Assembly (NCBI GenBank): GCA_965655095.1
Contig: OZ296649.1
Location: forward strand, 29,698,001-29,762,000
Direction of reading: 5' to 3'
DNA from: Haplodiscus bocki
Taxonomy: Eukaryota
DNA length: 64,000 bases
Position numbers and translations under genes: made by a program
Shown: piece by piece, positions 62,642-64,000 of the stretch
Layout of the letters: each line of letters starts with the position of its first letter
Position numbering within the stretch: the first letter of the stretch is position 1
The notes under the pieces: model-generated
What the model saw: only the letters and a program-made list of their open reading frames with translations
Database searches by the model: none
Told to the model about the DNA's origin: nothing

Positions 62642-63480
62642 CTACGTTATGGGCCTATTTGATCCGAAATATGATCTAATATGGTTAAATCTTCGTTCAG
62701 TACGGAATCTTCGTTGTTTGGTCTTTCAACCAGCTGAGTGCTCCTTGTATTTTGTATCCTCAATAAAAAAGCTCGAAGGGGAAGAAGCAGTTTTCTTTTA
62801 GAAAATTGAAGGAGTTGTGCCCTTGCAAAACGTTTGGGTCGAGGATAATCCATGGTGTGTTTTAGTTCTTTAAAGAATTTAGTAACAAAGTAATTTTCCG
62901 TTTGTACAATTTAGTTTTGGAACTAGTGCTTCCAAGAAAAAGTTCAGTTTGTTTTCTCTCTCAGGAATGGATTTTGTGGATGAAACAATAGCAATATCAA
63001 TAGCGCTTTCAGTCGTTATGGTTGTTTGCGTGTTTTTTTTAATTATGCACACTTCGTTTTTCCGCTGCAGTGTCTGTTTTGTTCAGACTTTCAATTTTTT
63101 TGAAGCTTTAGAAGTGTTACTGTGATAGAAGCTAAGTGAGCTCTTACCAAAAATTGGCTTTGTTGAAGCTCAAGATCTCAAGAACATTGAGGTTGAGAAA
63201 TTGAGAGCAGAAAGAATTGTTTCTTCGACTTTTTGATAAGATCGAGGTTTTTTTCGGTGAAGATGAGAACAATATTCAGTTTAAGATCCCCATTCCATGA
63301 ATGATCTTTTTTCAACATTTTTTAGGACTTTTTGGCAGATTGTGATCCACTTCATATAAAAGTATTCTAGATTCTATGCGCTCAACTGAAACTTAAGAAC
63401 CCACCCGAAGACATGATAAGCAAGTTTGGACTCAAATTTCATTTTCTTTGAAAACGCTCGTTCTTCCAAGATTGTCATGT
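62642..63480 (-). pseudogene. Possible decayed minus-strand coding sequence in the flank
   Basis: A stop-free frame ...TTITTESAIDIAIVSSTKSIPERENKLNFFLEALVPKLNCTNGKLLCY* crosses the monomer boundary at 62962; further short frames lie upstream. Identity unknown. Confidence 0.3.
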
Positions 63481-64000
63481 TTTGTTATTCATGCATTAAA
63501 ACTTCAGAACTTCAACATTTTCTGTTCAGGACTTCTAATTAAAACAGTATTGTTTTGTGAGGTGATTTGTGATAGAATTAGAGCGCGTCTTTGTTGGAAT
63601 TGTTATTTGGTAATTACAAGTTTATTCACCGTCTCTTACAACAGTACTGATTTTAATTTAGTGAACTCGTGTGCGAAAATTGGAGTTTTTGAAGCTGAAA
63701 TTCTCAAACTAAAAAGTTTAGGTAAAAATAGCAAGAACAAAAGTTTCTTGGAACTTTTAAACAATCACAGTAATTTTTTTTATTGGATGATAATTTGTAC
63801 AATATTTAAAGAGTTTGAGACCCCCGTTTTCGGACCTTTTCACCATTCTTCACTTTTTCGAGTTTTTTCGGTGGTCAAAATATTACATTCTTTGCATTTT
63901 TTTTCTCGGTTAGTTAGGCTCACCATGAATCCCCGAGGGCATTTTATGGGACATTTTGTGAAATACTCTTGCGTTTCAGAAAAAAAAACGATTTTCAGGT

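Larger units (their letters stand above)
61264..62962 (+). repeat. Single diverged monomer in its native context (probable source locus of the satellite)
   Basis: Colinear with monomers from attgattttcgtg to agtttgttttctctctc, with a ~310-bp deletion at ~61966. Preceded by env-like sequence and followed by unique DNA. Confidence 0.9.

Noticed and set aside
63780-64000. Possible end of a MITE/DNA transposon
   Set aside because: No partner inverted repeat or TSD is visible within the window.

Overview
Eukaryotic (animal-like) repeat-rich DNA; I see no intact host gene, RNA gene or CRISPR array. (1) 1-42559 is a head-to-tail tandem array of about 21 monomers of ~2.0-2.09 kb that probably continues left of the window. 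(2) 42031-62636 is a decayed Ty3/Gypsy-type LTR element on the + strand: 5' LTR, PBS-like site, gag, protease, RT, RNase H, a TARG1/OARD1-like macrodomain, integrase, an env-like fusion-glycoprotein remnant, a 3' accessory coiled-coil ORF, PPT and 3' LTR. (3) That element is interrupted by a ~7.5-kb tandem duplication that brought ~1.5 array monomers into RT (46069-49117, followed by two microhomology-bounded deletions), and by a 5.4-kb minus-strand LINE (50646-56036) flanked by the 9-bp target-site duplication CTTCCATGA. (4) 62637-64000 is AT-rich flank. The main observation is that the satellite monomer is the 3' end of this same element (accessory ORF + PPT + LTR) plus ~325 bp of the DNA flanking its 3' LTR, amplified >20-fold and joined to the element through its 5' LTR. 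All domain calls come from motif recognition by eye in degraded frames, and no database search was run.
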